A stretch of 64,000 bases of DNA from Vitrella brassicaformis CCMP3155 (Eukaryota; Protista; Chromerida): assembly GCA_001179505.1 (NCBI GenBank), contig CDMY01000226.1, forward strand, positions 62,001 to 126,000, given 5' to 3'. Under the pieces are notes generated by a model, which was not told the origin of the DNA, made no database searches, and saw only the letters and a list, made by a program, of their open reading frames with translations. Positions within the stretch are counted from its first letter, which is position 1; each line of letters opens with the position of its first letter. A program made the position numbers and the translations under genes. Positions 13,095 to 26,808 of this stretch are shown piece by piece.

Positions 13095-16000
13095 TCAGCC
13101 ACTCCCCTTGGCCGCCCCTCCCCCAGCAGCAGCCGACCCCCCTCTCGCTATGGTACTCTGCCAGTACTTGATGGCCTTGTTGAGCGCGTCGCTCACGGCC
13201 ACAAAGGACATGCTTTCCACGGCCGCATAGGCCACCTTGTCGACGCCGGTGGGCTCCCGGTAGCGCACCAAGAAGGCCCGCATGGTGCTGTTCCACTCTA
13301 TGGGGTACCTGCTGCTCGGGGGGACCACCGCACTCTGAGCCACCTCCAGCAGCTGCTCCGCCACACCCAGCGGCGGCGAACCTGAAACACAAAACCCAGA
13401 TCCATCCGTTCACAGAGAGAGAGAGAAAGAAAGAGGGGATCGTTCACTCACTCACCGTCCTTGTCCCTCTTGGCTCGTTTGCGCCGCCCGATGGCCAGCA
13501 TGGCGTCCTCCGACGGTGTCTCGTCGCTGTCCCTCTCCGCCCCTGTCTGCCTCGGCCGCTTCGGAGCCACCTGCCCCTGGTGGTTGTTGAAGAAGGCCTG
13601 GGCGCTGCTGCTGTGCCGCTCTGACTCGTTCTCATCCTTCTCATGGCCCTGATTATTGGAGGCGGCGGCGGCCATGGCCGCCATGAGGGGATTGGCCGCG
13701 AGCAGCCGGCAGTATACCTCGGTGAATGTGGCCACCTCCAGCAGAATCGACCGCAGCTGAAGGCGCAGCGACCCGTGCAGCGGTGCCGTCGACCCTGTGC
13801 GGGCGGAGGGGTCATTGGTCGACCAGAGGATGAGCTGGCGCACACTGCCGAGGAGCGTCTTGGCCTCGTCGAGCTGGGCGCGGCGGTGTGCGAGTGCGAT
13901 GTGGAGGGCCGCGTGGACGGCGGGGGGGTCCGGGGAGGGATGGGAGAGGGGGACGTAGCGACGAGAGGGGCGGGGGTGGATCGACACACTGACCAGGAAG
14001 CGGCCGTGGGGGGTGGTGGTGCCGTAGCCAGGCTCCCAGTAGATGAACGTCTCCTTGCCCATCCAAGCCTGCACACACACATACATTCGACAGACACAGA
14101 CACAGACCTTGACCTTGACCTTGACCTTGAAGGACCTTTCCTCGCTACGCTACATGTTTAAGCCGACATGAGACCCCCACCTGAGCAAAGGCGTCAAGGT
14201 CGTCGGCCATCTTGTCCACCCTTTCCTTCTCCCGCTCGTGCAGCACCCGCAGCATCCCCTTGGCCATCTCCTCGGCCGTCCCCCCGACCGCCGCACCCTC
14301 CACCTCCTCAAAGGGCAGCTCTACCACGTCATGATCATCTGGCGCACTCGGCCGACGCACAGCAGGGACTATCGCCGAACTGGTACCTGCCGCTTCTGCT
14401 GCTGCCGGTCCTGCTGCCGACGCACCGTTGGTGAGCTCAGGCGGCGCAGGGAGGGCCGGGAAGACCAGAGAGGGCGACGGCTCTGAAGCAAGCAACCATG
14501 GACACCGTTGCAAAGCACAGCACAAGTAGGCCGCCTGCTCTGTTTGCTATTCTGGGAATGATCACCTTCTGGCTCCTGCAGTGGCGGTGCCGCCTCCATC
14601 ATCGGCTCCTCCGGCAGCGATATCGCCTCCAGCAGGCTCGTCCCCGCCGCCTTGGCCGCCCTCACCTCAGCCAGCGCCTCCTCGGCCGACTGGCCCACAA
14701 ACAGCCGCCTCAGCCGATTGCGCGTGTCGTGAAGCCTGTCGAAGAGCCGGGTCAGGCGGGCGGGCGTGACGTTGTCGATGTCAGGTATGACAATGGGAAT
14801 CGTGTCTTTGAGGGGCTGCTTGCCGACGCAGTGGCCGGGGAAGTGGAAGAAGGCGATCTGCCGGCCGCGACCGACCCACTTCATGTTGGGATCGCGGCGC
14901 ACCATGAAGGTCTTCTTGCCGGGGCGGAGGCGGGTCAGGCCGTCGTGATCAGCTGCACACATAGAGAGAGAGAGAGAGAGAGCGAGGGAGGGAGGGAGGG
15001 AGCGGTTGGTGTTGTCTGTTGGTGTTCTGTGTGGCCAGTCGCCTGCCTGACCTTGGCGCTGCATGTACTCGGCCATGTGGTGCCTTATCTGCTCGGGCGA
15101 CAGACGATCACCTGGTGCAAACATCCATCCACCAGCCCATTCATTCACCCGACCCACGGGGCGTCTCTGTCTGTCTGTCTGTGTGCGTTTCGCGTCTCGT
15201 TGTTGTGTCAGTCACCTGTGTTGTCCGCTGTCTCCGCCCCAAGGCGCTGAAGCACCTCTGTGGCCTCGTCGATGACCTCCTGGGCCAACGCCGCGTCGTC
15301 CTTCAGCTTGGCACACGCACCATCGACCAGAGCCGACTCACCCTGACACAACATCCATCGCGGACATACACACACGTGTTGGTTGGAACCGACAGCCACT
15401 CTTGTTTCTCTCCTCCTCCCCCTCCCCCCTCACCGCAGGGAAAGGTGCCTCTTTGTTGACTTCGGGTTTGGCGGCCAGCTCGTTGGCCGACTTGATGGCG
15501 TCTTTGAGCGAAGCCACCACGTCAAGCGGACCGGTGCCCTTGGGTGCGATGTGGTGCACCGCAATTTTGCCCGCCACCTGCACCAGGAACTCATTCTTGA
15601 CCCAGCGGACGACCCGCCGGCCCCTAAACGTCGTGGCAGGGCCAGACTGGCGCCTCCGCCCTGGGCCTGTGCCCTTCCCCGCCGCTGTAGCTGATGGCGT
15701 GCCTGAGGGGGTGGTGCCTTCTGCTGGTGTGTGCGGGTCCTGGTGGACGATGTCGAGCAGACGCTCCACCAACTGGTCGGTGGGGTAGTCAGGGCTGTTC
15801 TCCGTCTCGGCACCCTCGGCAGCGGGATCGGGCACAACGGGGTACTCTGCCCACACAGACACACACAGACACACAGACACAGCGAGAGAGAAAGATGAGC
15901 GTGCAGCTCTATGTCGGCATCATGGTCGGTCGATGCGTCTGTTCTGTTTCGTGGCTGACCTCTAGGCCTGGCCTTCTCGAACTTTTGCCCCTCTGCCCGC

Positions 16001-17981
16001 CGCATCTTCCATAACCCCTTCTTGCCGCCGCCCTGTGCGGCCGAGGGCGTCGCCCCATCAGCTGCAGAAGCGGCCGCAGGGCTCATCGTCCCGTCCTCTA
16101 TCGCCAAACTGTCACCGCTGCCCCAGCGCACGTGGGCAGCATGACCCTCAAACACATCACCACCCGCCGCCCCCCCGGCGCCCTCGTCCTCCCTGGCCGC
16201 CTGCCGTCTGTTCCACGCTTGTAGGGCGGCCTGCAGAGCCCGCCCGATGCCGTCGATGGTGGGCACCAGGACCGGGAAGTGTCTGCGGGACCGTCTGTCG
16301 GCTGCGTGGCCCGTGACGCAGTAGAGGCGGCACTCGGCGTCCCAGTGGATGCCAATCGGAGAATCGGAGGGCGGGATGGGTGTCTCGAGGAGAGGGGGAC
16401 TGAGGGCTTTGCGGAGGGCCTCCTGGGCCGCCTTGGTCAGGTCCGTGTCGTCCTCGAAACACACGCGGGGGGACGGGGCATCGCCACCTGGCGACATGCG
16501 ACCGACCAGAATAGACAGAGAAAGGCCAACCAGGTGATCTGTCGTGTGACCGTTTGTTTGTTGTGGTGAGGCTGACCGACCTTCTCGCTTGAGAGTCTTG
16601 ATCCCGTCAAACTGTCTGAAGAACTTCTGGTCGTCGTCCTGCACCCGCGCCGCCTCCAGCATGGTCTCCATCCGGAGCTCCTCAAGCACCCCATCGACCT
16701 CCACGTCACCACCCATCGCTCGCTTCGCCTCGTCCGCCTCGTCCATCGCCTGCACGTCCTCATTCCGCGCCTCCACGGCCCTCCGGAACGTGCTGATGGC
16801 GGCCTCGACGGTCGGGGGGTCGACGGGGAACACCGTGGGCATGTCGCGAATGAGGGTGACGTATGCCTGGCTGGGGGCCGACCAGCCGAAACCCGGCACG
16901 ATGTGCTCGGTGTGGGGGGTGAGTCGGTCGCTGAGGAGGTCGTTGAAGGCGTTGAGCTCATCCGATGACATCCGCCGGCCTAGAGGCGGCACCACTCTCA
17001 TGCCTGCAAACCAACCACACCATACCGACCAAACCAACACACACACATGAACACAGACAGACAGACAGACAGACGGCCGGTGATTTGACATGCACTCGTT
17101 TGCTCACCCGACACGACAGGGAAGGTCTCCCCTTTCATGTATGTGTTGTCGCGGCACTCGAAGGCCTCCACGCAGCAGTGCCCTATGTCGCGGACAGTCA
17201 GCGTTCTTGCAGTGAACTGCTTCACGTGCGCGTTGGTTGGCGCGGCACTCGGCGTCGGCAGGCAGAAGACCTCAAAGCTGATGCTCTCCAGCACCATCGT
17301 CTTGGTCACGTAATGCAGGTGCCGCGCCACACGCACCTGACGACTCTGAGGCGAGGTCGCCCGTGAAGACAGCCCACGAGCGGCCAGGTTGCTCGCGCAG
17401 AGCATGTTGGCGACCCTGAGGGCGTCGTCGGTGGTGAGGCAACCGCCGCCACTGGGCCTCCCGGGGCTCTCGACGGTGCCCACGATCATTTCGCCACTGT
17501 CGCCCTGGCCAGGCCGCATCATCAGCCGCAGTATCTCGGTGCCGACTTTGGCATTGAGCGGCATGGCCTTCTTCTGCGCGTCCACGGCCTGCTGGTAGGC
17601 CACTGCCAGCGATGTCGTCGACGCGTCCTTGCGAGCGAAGGCGCGGAAGTATCTGGGAGGGTGGGTGTTGAGGACCTCCTGCTGGCTCTTGAGCACCACG
17701 CAGTAGCCTTGCACGCTGTGCGGGTGGCACCGCCGCAACCCATCGCTGCCGTTGGCATCCTCTGCCGCGCTGATTGCCGACGCAGCCCGGAGGGCCTTGC
17801 CCTTGGGCGTGTCAGAGTGGCCGCCGCGTTTCGGTTTCGGTCCTGGTCTGGGGGGCTGGGGCGGGGGTGCAGCAATGGGTGGCGGCACTGCCGTCGTCAG
17901 GTCAACGACCTCTATCTCATCGTCCATCTGGTCATTAGCCTGGCCCTCCGGCGGCTGCTGCTGCTGCTGCTGAGTGTCCAT
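13095..17981 (-). CDS. Large multi-exon protein with repeated AP2-like (ApiAP2-like) units; putative DNA-binding protein
   Basis: ATG 17981 (MDTQQQQQQPP). About 10 exons run down to the stop at 13095; the junction at 17108 was checked in frame. Recurrent units, e.g. PIGIHWDAECRLYCVTG...RRHFPVLVP...GRALQAALQAWNRR. The gene is well supported; the domain call is inference. Confidence 0.7.
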
Positions 17982-17988
17982 TATCTGC

Positions 17989-18642
17989 CTACTTTTTGCC
18001 GTTGGCGGGAGGGGCTTGGGGGGGTGGCTGGGGCTGCTCCGCGTCGCGCTTCTTCAACAGCCGCTCTCTGGCCTCCTGTGCGGCAGGGCTGGCGTAGGTA
18101 CAGTTCTCCACCTCTCGCTCAACCTCTTGCTGCAATCAATCAACCATGGCCATCAGAAAGGGGCAGGGCAGCACTGTGGGGTGGGAGTTGTCCTCTCCTT
18201 CCTGCCTGCCTCCCTCCCTCCCTGGAAGAATGGTGTGGGGTGTTTATGCGCGGACCGACCTGGAGGAACTCAGTGACGTTTTCGTTGCAGAGTACGTGGC
18301 AGTCGTCAAGCTTCTGGATGATGAAGTTGCGCTCACTGTTGAGCCGGGTGATGATCTCCATCGTCGGCTCGTCGCTGACGCATGGATGAATGGATGGACA
18401 ACACACACACACACACACACACACAGGGGCAGTCAACGAGGACCACCACCAGGAGTGAGTGCAGCGATGGCCTGTGTGTGCGCGCGTGTGCCTCCATCGC
18501 ATGCACCACGCGCACGGCCTGGCCTGCTCTCTGCTCGCGTGCTTGTGCATTCGTGAATCCATCCACTTGCATGACGGATGAGTGAGTGGTGCGCTCACCA
18601 TTCGACAAGAATGCCCTTCATCGACTTGACCTTCCCCGCCAT
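17989..18642 (-). CDS. TFB5: TFIIH subunit p8 / TTDA (Tfb5)
   Basis: Three exons give MAGKVKSMKGILVEC|DEPTMEIITRLNSERNFIIQKLDDCHVLCNENVTEFLQ|QEVEREVENCTYASP...NGKK*. This matches human GTF2H5 (KGVLIECDPAM...FIIQDIDDTHVFV). TAG at 17991-17989. Confidence 0.88.
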
Positions 18643-19068
18643 GACGCGCTGCTACCCAGGTGGCTGTCCGGCCTCCACACCGCATATACGCTGCACGAAA
18701 CGAGCTCAAACACACCGACGGGGCGCTTGCAAAAGATGCGCGCTTCATCTGCGGCTCGCACCTTCGAGCCAAGGCCAGAAGCGGCAGACGCGCGTGTGTT
18801 TGGGAGACGCCTGCAGGAGGAGGCGCGTGATCTGATCCGGGGTGCGGCAAACACGCAAATCACGCACACGTAGGATCAGACCCACATCGAGGCAGGGAGG
18901 CCAGGGCAGGGCAGGGCAGACGCGGCACAATTTTCTACAGCACAGCAAGCACCGCGCTACCCATGCCCAACGTGCGGGACGACACACCCTGTGTCCTTTT
19001 CGCTGTGCTGATCTGCTTTGTCAGGTGTGTCTACTCTACCACAGTAGGCAGGCTACAGCTGAGCTGAG
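18643..19068. promoter_or_regulatory. Probable bidirectional promoter between TFB5 and UBC4 copy 2
   Basis: 426 nt between divergent ATGs. Inferred from geometry only. Confidence 0.5.
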
Positions 19069-19932
<864 letters not shown>

Positions 19933-20785
19933 CCGCCCACCGATGGACCAACACCAAGGCACACCGAGGTCGGTAGCTAGATGCACCACCACCACCAAGA
20001 GACATGAAACGTCTTAGATCTCTCTCTCTCTTTCCCTCTCTCTCTGTCTCTCCCCTTCCCAGGTGCGTTGATGTGAGCATGACTGTCCGTCTGTCTGACT
20101 GTCCGTGCAGGCCGGTCGCGGACCAGACCGGTGTGTGGATGCATGTGAATGAGTGAGTGAGTGAGTGTACAGTACAGTCCAGCCAGGGTCCAATCCATTG
20201 GAAGGAGCCTCTGTTAGCTATCTGCCCAGCTAGCCAGCCAGCCTTCAAGCCAGGCCTCCATTTTTTTCTCCACGAGCTGTCGACCGACCGACCGACCACC
20301 TGCCCACCCCACCCCCACCGACCGTGAGAATGGATAACCAAGAAGAGCCTTTCTGTCAGTGCGCACAGCGAGGCAGGCAGGCAGGCAGGCTGTGTGTGTT
20401 GTTTGCATTGGATTGCATTGCCTCAGTGAGTTTGTGTGTGTGTGTGTGTGTGTGTGTGCCCGTGCCTTTGTGAGAGAGTGTGAGAGTGTGCGAGTGGCGA
20501 GTGTGTTGTGTCGTTTGTGTGACTAGCTACCGGACCTGTAATCGATACATACATACCTCATCCGCCGTCGTCTTTTTGCCATCGATCGATCACGCACCTT
20601 GTGTGCAGCTGTCTCACTCACCTCACCCTGCGTACCACGGACACAACAGATGCAGCAATTCCATGGCCGGATCGATCGGCTTTTGTACTCAGTCAGATCG
20701 ATACAAAGCAGGAAGGAGAGGACCGTTCTCTGAGCAAGCAAGCAAGCAAGCAGTGAAGCAAGCAGACGTCCACGCGTGGGACACA

Positions 20786-21790
20786 ATGAGGGCGTGCGTC
20801 TTCAAGTTGGCTGCTGCGGTTCTCGTGTCTCTCACCATCGCGCACGTGCACTCGGCCGAGCCCGCTGCAAAGTCCGGCGAGGAGACACAGACACAGACAC
20901 GCCAGCCATGCCAAACCACCATCATCAACAGCTACAACCCTGGAGGTACGCAAGCTGCTGGTGTGATGTGACTGACACAAGGAAGGCAACCCAACCACTG
21001 CTTGTGTGATTGTGACTGATCGATGATGCATCCAGGCAATACGAGTGTGACGGTGGCTGACAAGCAAGCCCAACTCCACAGTACGCCGAAGCTCACATGT
21101 AGCTAAGCACCCACCAGTCAATCAGACACACACAACCACAGCTGGTACAACCAATCAGACACATATATATGCTCTCTCCTCTCCTTCTTGATTATATGTG
21201 GCAGACCCGTCGGCCAAGCACCAGCACCAGCCCGTTGTCCGCTTCAGCGCGAAGTCCACGGTGTCCGCTGACAGCCACGGCCGCAAGCGGCACCGTCGTC
21301 CCTTCCGCCTCACATTAGCCCCTGAGCTGCGCGCGTGGCTTGACCAGAAATGTGAGATGGGTGAGTGAGTGAGTGAGTGTACAGTCATGAATCCTCGTCG
21401 AGTCGTCAGAGTTCGGCAATGCGAGGTTCGTCGTTGGGCGCCTCGTCAGCAGCTGCAGGGGCGGAAGTAAGCACACACAGAGGGGCAAACCATGGCGTTT
21501 GTGCATCGTATGCGTGTCTGTGTCTTTATGTGTTCAGCTGCAAGTCTCGTGCTCGGCACAGTGCCGACGCTTTTACCCAAAGAGACGGCGGCCCTCGGTA
21601 GCCGACACACACGTGCAGCAGACACACACACAGGTCGCGTGCAGTGCATGGAGAGGATGCGCATCATGATCTGTCGTGTGAATGTGTTCTTCAGATTCGT
21701 TGTGCAAAGACGCTGCGCACGACGACTATTACTTCTTCAACAAGTACTCGTTCCTGTCAGAAGTGCAAGTCGGTCCAGGGTTTAGGGTCT
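20786..21790 (+). CDS. Tentative multi-exon small secreted protein
   Basis: ATG 20786 opens MRACVFKLAAAVLVSLTIAHVHSAEP (signal-peptide-like). Non-repetitive blocks bounded by AG/GT lie at about 21205-21360, 21387-21467, 21519-21598 and 21695-21770 (one frame reads DSLCKDAAHDDYYFFNKYSFLSE). I could not join the phases unambiguously. Confidence 0.4.
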
Positions 21791-22170
21791 AGGGTTCATA
21801 GACCGACGATCCACTGATCTGTGAGACAGGACGGCTGTTGAGTCTTTGTCCGTTCCATGAGACAGGCCATGGCGGACAGGACGTCAGACAGGATGGACTG
21901 ACGCATACTACATGTCCTACGTGGACTCTCCACAAAAATCCACAGACCTTACGTTGCATTGACTTAATCCTTTATCCGGGACTGACCGCCCGGCAGATCC
22001 TCTCTTCACCATTCTCCCCGACTCTCTCCCACCTATTCTTACACCCTCAGCTTTTCTCCTGACGAGCTCAGCTTTTCTCCCTTCTGCGAGCTTAGCTGTT
22101 GTGGAGAATGGTCCCTCTCCCCCTTCTCTCCTCCTCCTCCAGATTTGTCTGTTGGCGCCCACAGAAAGCC

Positions 22171-23648
22171 ATGCTGAAGCAGGATTCATCGGGCGGCGTT
22201 TTCTCGTGGAGCCGCAGTCGAGTCATAGTCGTCACAGTTGGCATGCTCGCCATCACTGTGGCCGTGACGGCAACGCTCTGGTTCCTGGAACTGCTGCCAC
22301 CGAAGCGCAAGCGGCGGCCCAAAAGATCTGTTCCTCGCGCTGGAGTGTCGGATGACTTTGACGGAGCGGCGGCGGCAGTCCGCAAGTGGAGCCACACACT
22401 GTCGACGGAGAGCCAGTTGTCCCTCTACGGTGAGAAAAGGAAGCGCAGAGCACGCTACCGCAGACAGAAATTTGTCCGTGCGTGTCGTTCTTCCATTTTT
22501 CAGCTCTCTACAAGCAGGCCATTGAGGGTGACTGTTTGGAACCCTCACCGTCGCCCGTGGACGTGGTGGCCATCCAGAAGTGGCGCGCCCGGCAGGCTAC
22601 CCGCGGCCTTCCTCGTTCGGAGGCCTCTGAGCGATACGTCGAGAAGGTCCGATCTCTGGTGCCGCAATGGGAGGAGGGCGATGGGGGATCTGACAGCATC
22701 TGGTTAACGGACAGTGAACTGGCGCAGATGAGGGATGCGGCAAAGGGTGATGGGGCGCCCCCGAAGGCCATGCAGGGGGGTGTGAGCATGCCGGCACATG
22801 CAGAGGGCGACAGTGATGAAGATGGGCAGGAAGACGGATTCCAGAAGAGAGAGGGGTACCCACATTTCATGTGCACAAGAGCATCAGGGGTGGGGGAGGG
22901 GGCCAGTCAGCAACCTCGCATCTCGTCTTTCCCGTCTCTTTCAGTGGTCCGGGTGACAAGGTGTGTCGGTTGGCCGCCAAGGGCGACCTGGAGAGACTCA
23001 AAGCCGCGATCGACGGTATCTGTGACAGACACATGCAGCGGCAGACAGACAGAAGGGCACACTGACAAGATGGCATGCATGAAATGCGATGCAGGTGACC
23101 GTTCGCTCGTCAGTGGCCGTGACAGTCAAGGGATGACGGCACTGCACTTCGCCGCTGACAGGCGAGGGAGGGGAGTCATATCGATGAACGGGGGAGGAAG
23201 CCGACCATCTTGCTTCTTCGCTGGTTCGATTGCTTCAGAGGCCACGAGGCGATGGCCGCTTATCTGATCCAACAGGGTGAGCACACATCACAGCCACACA
23301 AGCACACCAGTCTACGTGTCTGTCGGCTTCACTGCAGGCAGTCCAATCGACGCCCAGGACGACAACGGGGAGACGCCTCTCCATATCGCCGTGCTCGCTG
23401 AGGTAATACGAACGCACGCCAGAGTCGGCGAAACGTGTAGCACACAGCTTGCCTCACTGCGTCTGTGCGTCTGTGAACCTGTGAAAATCTGTCAGCAAGC
23501 GGGCATCGTTCGCCTGCTGTTGTCTCGTGGCGCCAGCAGTACCATCAAGAACAACGACAACCAAGACCCGCTGATTCTGGCGGATGAATCGTCCGAGGCT
23601 GTGCGTGACGCTCTCACCTGGCAGATGGTTGCGTCTGTCCAAAAGTGA
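22171..23648 (+). CDS. ACBP: Acyl-CoA-binding protein with N-terminal transmembrane segment and C-terminal ankyrin repeats
   Basis: TM segment VIVVTVGMLAITVAVTATLWFL; ACB motif QLSLY|ALYKQAIEGDC...QKWRA...EASERYVEKV; ankyrin motifs GMTALHFAADRGH and GETPLHIAVLAE. Confidence 0.92.
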
Positions 23649-25741
23649 TGCGATATCGGTGACGTGTACGTGTACGTATGCTGTACGTACGTACGTGTGT
23701 GCGTGTACATACAATAAATACATCATGTATGTATGTACGTGTGTACGTCTGTATGGAATACCTGTATGTATACATACCGATGTGGACTCTTTGTTCGATC
23801 CGTTGGTCGTCAAAATTGTAACACTGTAATCGGATCGGATGCAACGCAGCTTGCTGTAAGTCGATCGGTACATGTATGTACGTACGACATCCATCCATCT
23901 ATCTGTGGATGTGATGTGACACCAACACACGCACGCACGGAGGCAGGTAGGCACCCGCTCACTCAATTGATTGCACGACACGAATCCACTCCATGCCCGC
24001 AAGCATGATAATAGCCAGACGAATCATAGCATCGCATCGCATGACACGCATGGCTGTACACATGCCGTATGAGGATGTCCGCGAGGGGTATGCTATGTAT
24101 GGCTGCCCTGGAGTGAGGAATCGAGCCAGTCAGTCAGTCAGTCAGTCGTTGAGTGAGTGAGTAGTGCCAGCACGACACGCCAGAACATTCACACACATGC
24201 ATATGGATCGACACACGTACACGTACAGACATAATACATACGGACAGGCATATGGACAACCGAGAAAACCGACCGACCGGGTCTGGTCTAGCTACGACAA
24301 AATGAACTGAACCCCAAAGACACGACAGGCTCCCCGCTGACGCTGCGATGTACGATAGACATACGATGTACACTGCCGACCGACAGGTATGGCTGGCTGG
24401 CTGGCTGTCGGCCTCTGCATACACACACATACATGGGATGTACGCGTGTGTGTATGGGTGAGGTCCGGATCCGGCCATCCATCCATCCATCCATCCATCG
24501 GCGATATGATGGCATGGCATGGTCACTGATGCTCGTGATCATATATGGAATTACAGGCATGTCACGTCCTACACGCACGCACACACGCACGCACGCCGGA
24601 TGAAAAAGAGGATATGTTTCTTGACCTGCTCTCTCGCTCTCTCTCTCGCTCGCTTCTCTGGTGATGATGACAAATGGAGACCCACTGACTAACAAATGGC
24701 CTCGCTCTTTCCTGTTCTTACATCCGTACGCATTATCTCAGCTCGCTATGCTGCCGTACTCTGTACTCCCTCCGTCTGTCTGTCTGTCTGTGAGGGTGTC
24801 GCTGCATGGCTTCGTTTCACCAGGGGTCATGACCAAGAGCACTCTTCGCGTGTGACGACGCATATATGATGCGATCAATGCAGTGACTGGCCGACTGCCC
24901 GTCACCACCCATCTGTCTGCCTCTCCTCTCCTCTCGTCTATTCTCTCTCGCCCGGCCGGCAACTGAATGCACCGCCCCGCCAATCCCCCCCTGTCGCCCG
25001 CCCATCTGTGTGGACAGCGAGACAGGCGGGATTGAAGGCGGAGAACAGGCACTCGGATGTGGGCGTACGTATGGACATGGACACACACACACACACGTGG
25101 TCAGTCAGGTGTACCACCCACCATACCATCTGCTCTGCGTGGCGTGGCTGGCTGACCGACTGACTAAGAAACAAAACGGCAGGCACCAGAAGGAACGATT
25201 CCCACAACTGGACTCAGACCCCCGCACCCAACACATACACTACACGACACATGCACACCACACACACGTTGATCAGATCAAGGAAGGACACACACATCGA
25301 TCCATAGGTAGAGAGACGAGAGGAGAGGAGAGGAGAGGCATAACATACACACACGCACTCACAGACAGGGCCGTTCGTTCACATTCAAACATTCAATCAT
25401 CAGCCATCCACCCACCCGCGAAGGAAGAGACAAGTTTGCCAGTTGTCTGTCTGTCTGTCTGCCGTCAGGCGCCAAGTGCTGCTGCACGTTCGTGCGCTAG
25501 GGCACGAACCAAAAATCAGCCACAACATGAATGGACAGATGATAGCTGAGGAGAGAGTGAGTGAGTGCTCCTCAGCCCGGCCAAGGCTCCCGATCATCAA
25601 GCATCACCGACAGGCAGAAGCGCATTACTTAAAAGATCAACACAGACGCATGTGATTTCGTTATCGCTGTTTGACTGGGATCGACCGATCGACCAGTGTA
25701 CACAACAATACGCCACACACACACACACACACACCGTAGAG

Positions 25742-25774
<33 letters not shown>

Positions 25775-25792
25775 GTGCCCAGGTAGGGCGGG

Positions 25793-26092
25793 NNNNNNNN
25801 NNNNNNNNNNNNNNNNNNNNNNNNNNNNNNNNNNNNNNNNNNNNNNNNNNNNNNNNNNNNNNNNNNNNNNNNNNNNNNNNNNNNNNNNNNNNNNNNNNNN
25901 NNNNNNNNNNNNNNNNNNNNNNNNNNNNNNNNNNNNNNNNNNNNNNNNNNNNNNNNNNNNNNNNNNNNNNNNNNNNNNNNNNNNNNNNNNNNNNNNNNNN
26001 NNNNNNNNNNNNNNNNNNNNNNNNNNNNNNNNNNNNNNNNNNNNNNNNNNNNNNNNNNNNNNNNNNNNNNNNNNNNNNNNNNNNNNNNNNNN
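25793..26092. other. Assembly gap (300 N)
   Basis: Run of N; both flanks carry GAGAGAGGTGCCCAGGTAGGGCGGG. Confidence 0.99.
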
Positions 26093-26808
26093 GAGAGAGG
26101 TGCCCAGGTAGGGCGGGTGGGTGGGCGAGTGGGGTTAGTGAGGAGACACACAGTGATCGCTTAGGAAAGCCGGAATGCCCGATTCGCGCCTCAAACGGTC
26201 ACAGCAGTGGATAGAGACCTATGGACTCCGCTGTCTCCGTCCGTCTCCTTGTATCGCCTACAAACAAAGCAGACAGATGGACAGACAGGCAGACTGGCGT
26301 GCCAGATCGGCACGCAGACACACACAGGGAGAGAGAAGCGCACAAGGCCCGGCATGAAATGCATCTTGTATGTATGCGGCAGGCCAGGCAGGCGCCGTAT
26401 GTACGAGGCGAGGAGCCAGACAAACCGATACAAGAGTGAGTGATAGATAGATATGATGTGTCGATTGGAGTGCCATCGCGAAAGCTCCCACTCACTTCGA
26501 GAGCCACGGAGAAAAAGAAAGAAATGCCAAACATCGATCGAACAAAACCCTCGTACGGATGTACGCATCGCATGCACGGCATCTCATCCCGGCACCACTC
26601 GTGGGTGCATCCATCCATCCATCCACCCAGTAAGTAAGTAAATAACTCACCCATGTGATGTGGGACGAGAAATAGGGTAAGTAGAGCATGGCTAGAGAGG
26701 TAGCTGTCACGCATTCATTTCCCCGTCGTGTCCATTGAACGATATTCGTCCTCCGGAACTTCCACGACGGCTCCCTCCCTCCCTCCCTCCCTGCCCAGCC
26801 ACCAGCAC

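Noticed and set aside
21775-21794. CCAGGG TTTAGGG TCTAGGG, telomere-like heptamers
   Set aside because: Only one perfect unit; too short to call an interstitial telomeric repeat.
23650-25790. Cys/His-rich short ORFs in the interval after ACBP
   Set aside because: Derived from (TG)n, (CA)n and (TACG)n repeats; no splice-consistent exon chain.
25760-26120. Direct repeat GAGAGAGGTGCCCAGGTAGGGCGGG on both sides of the N gap, resembling a target-site duplication
   Set aside because: Best explained by overlapping contig ends that were not merged; no element sequence is visible.
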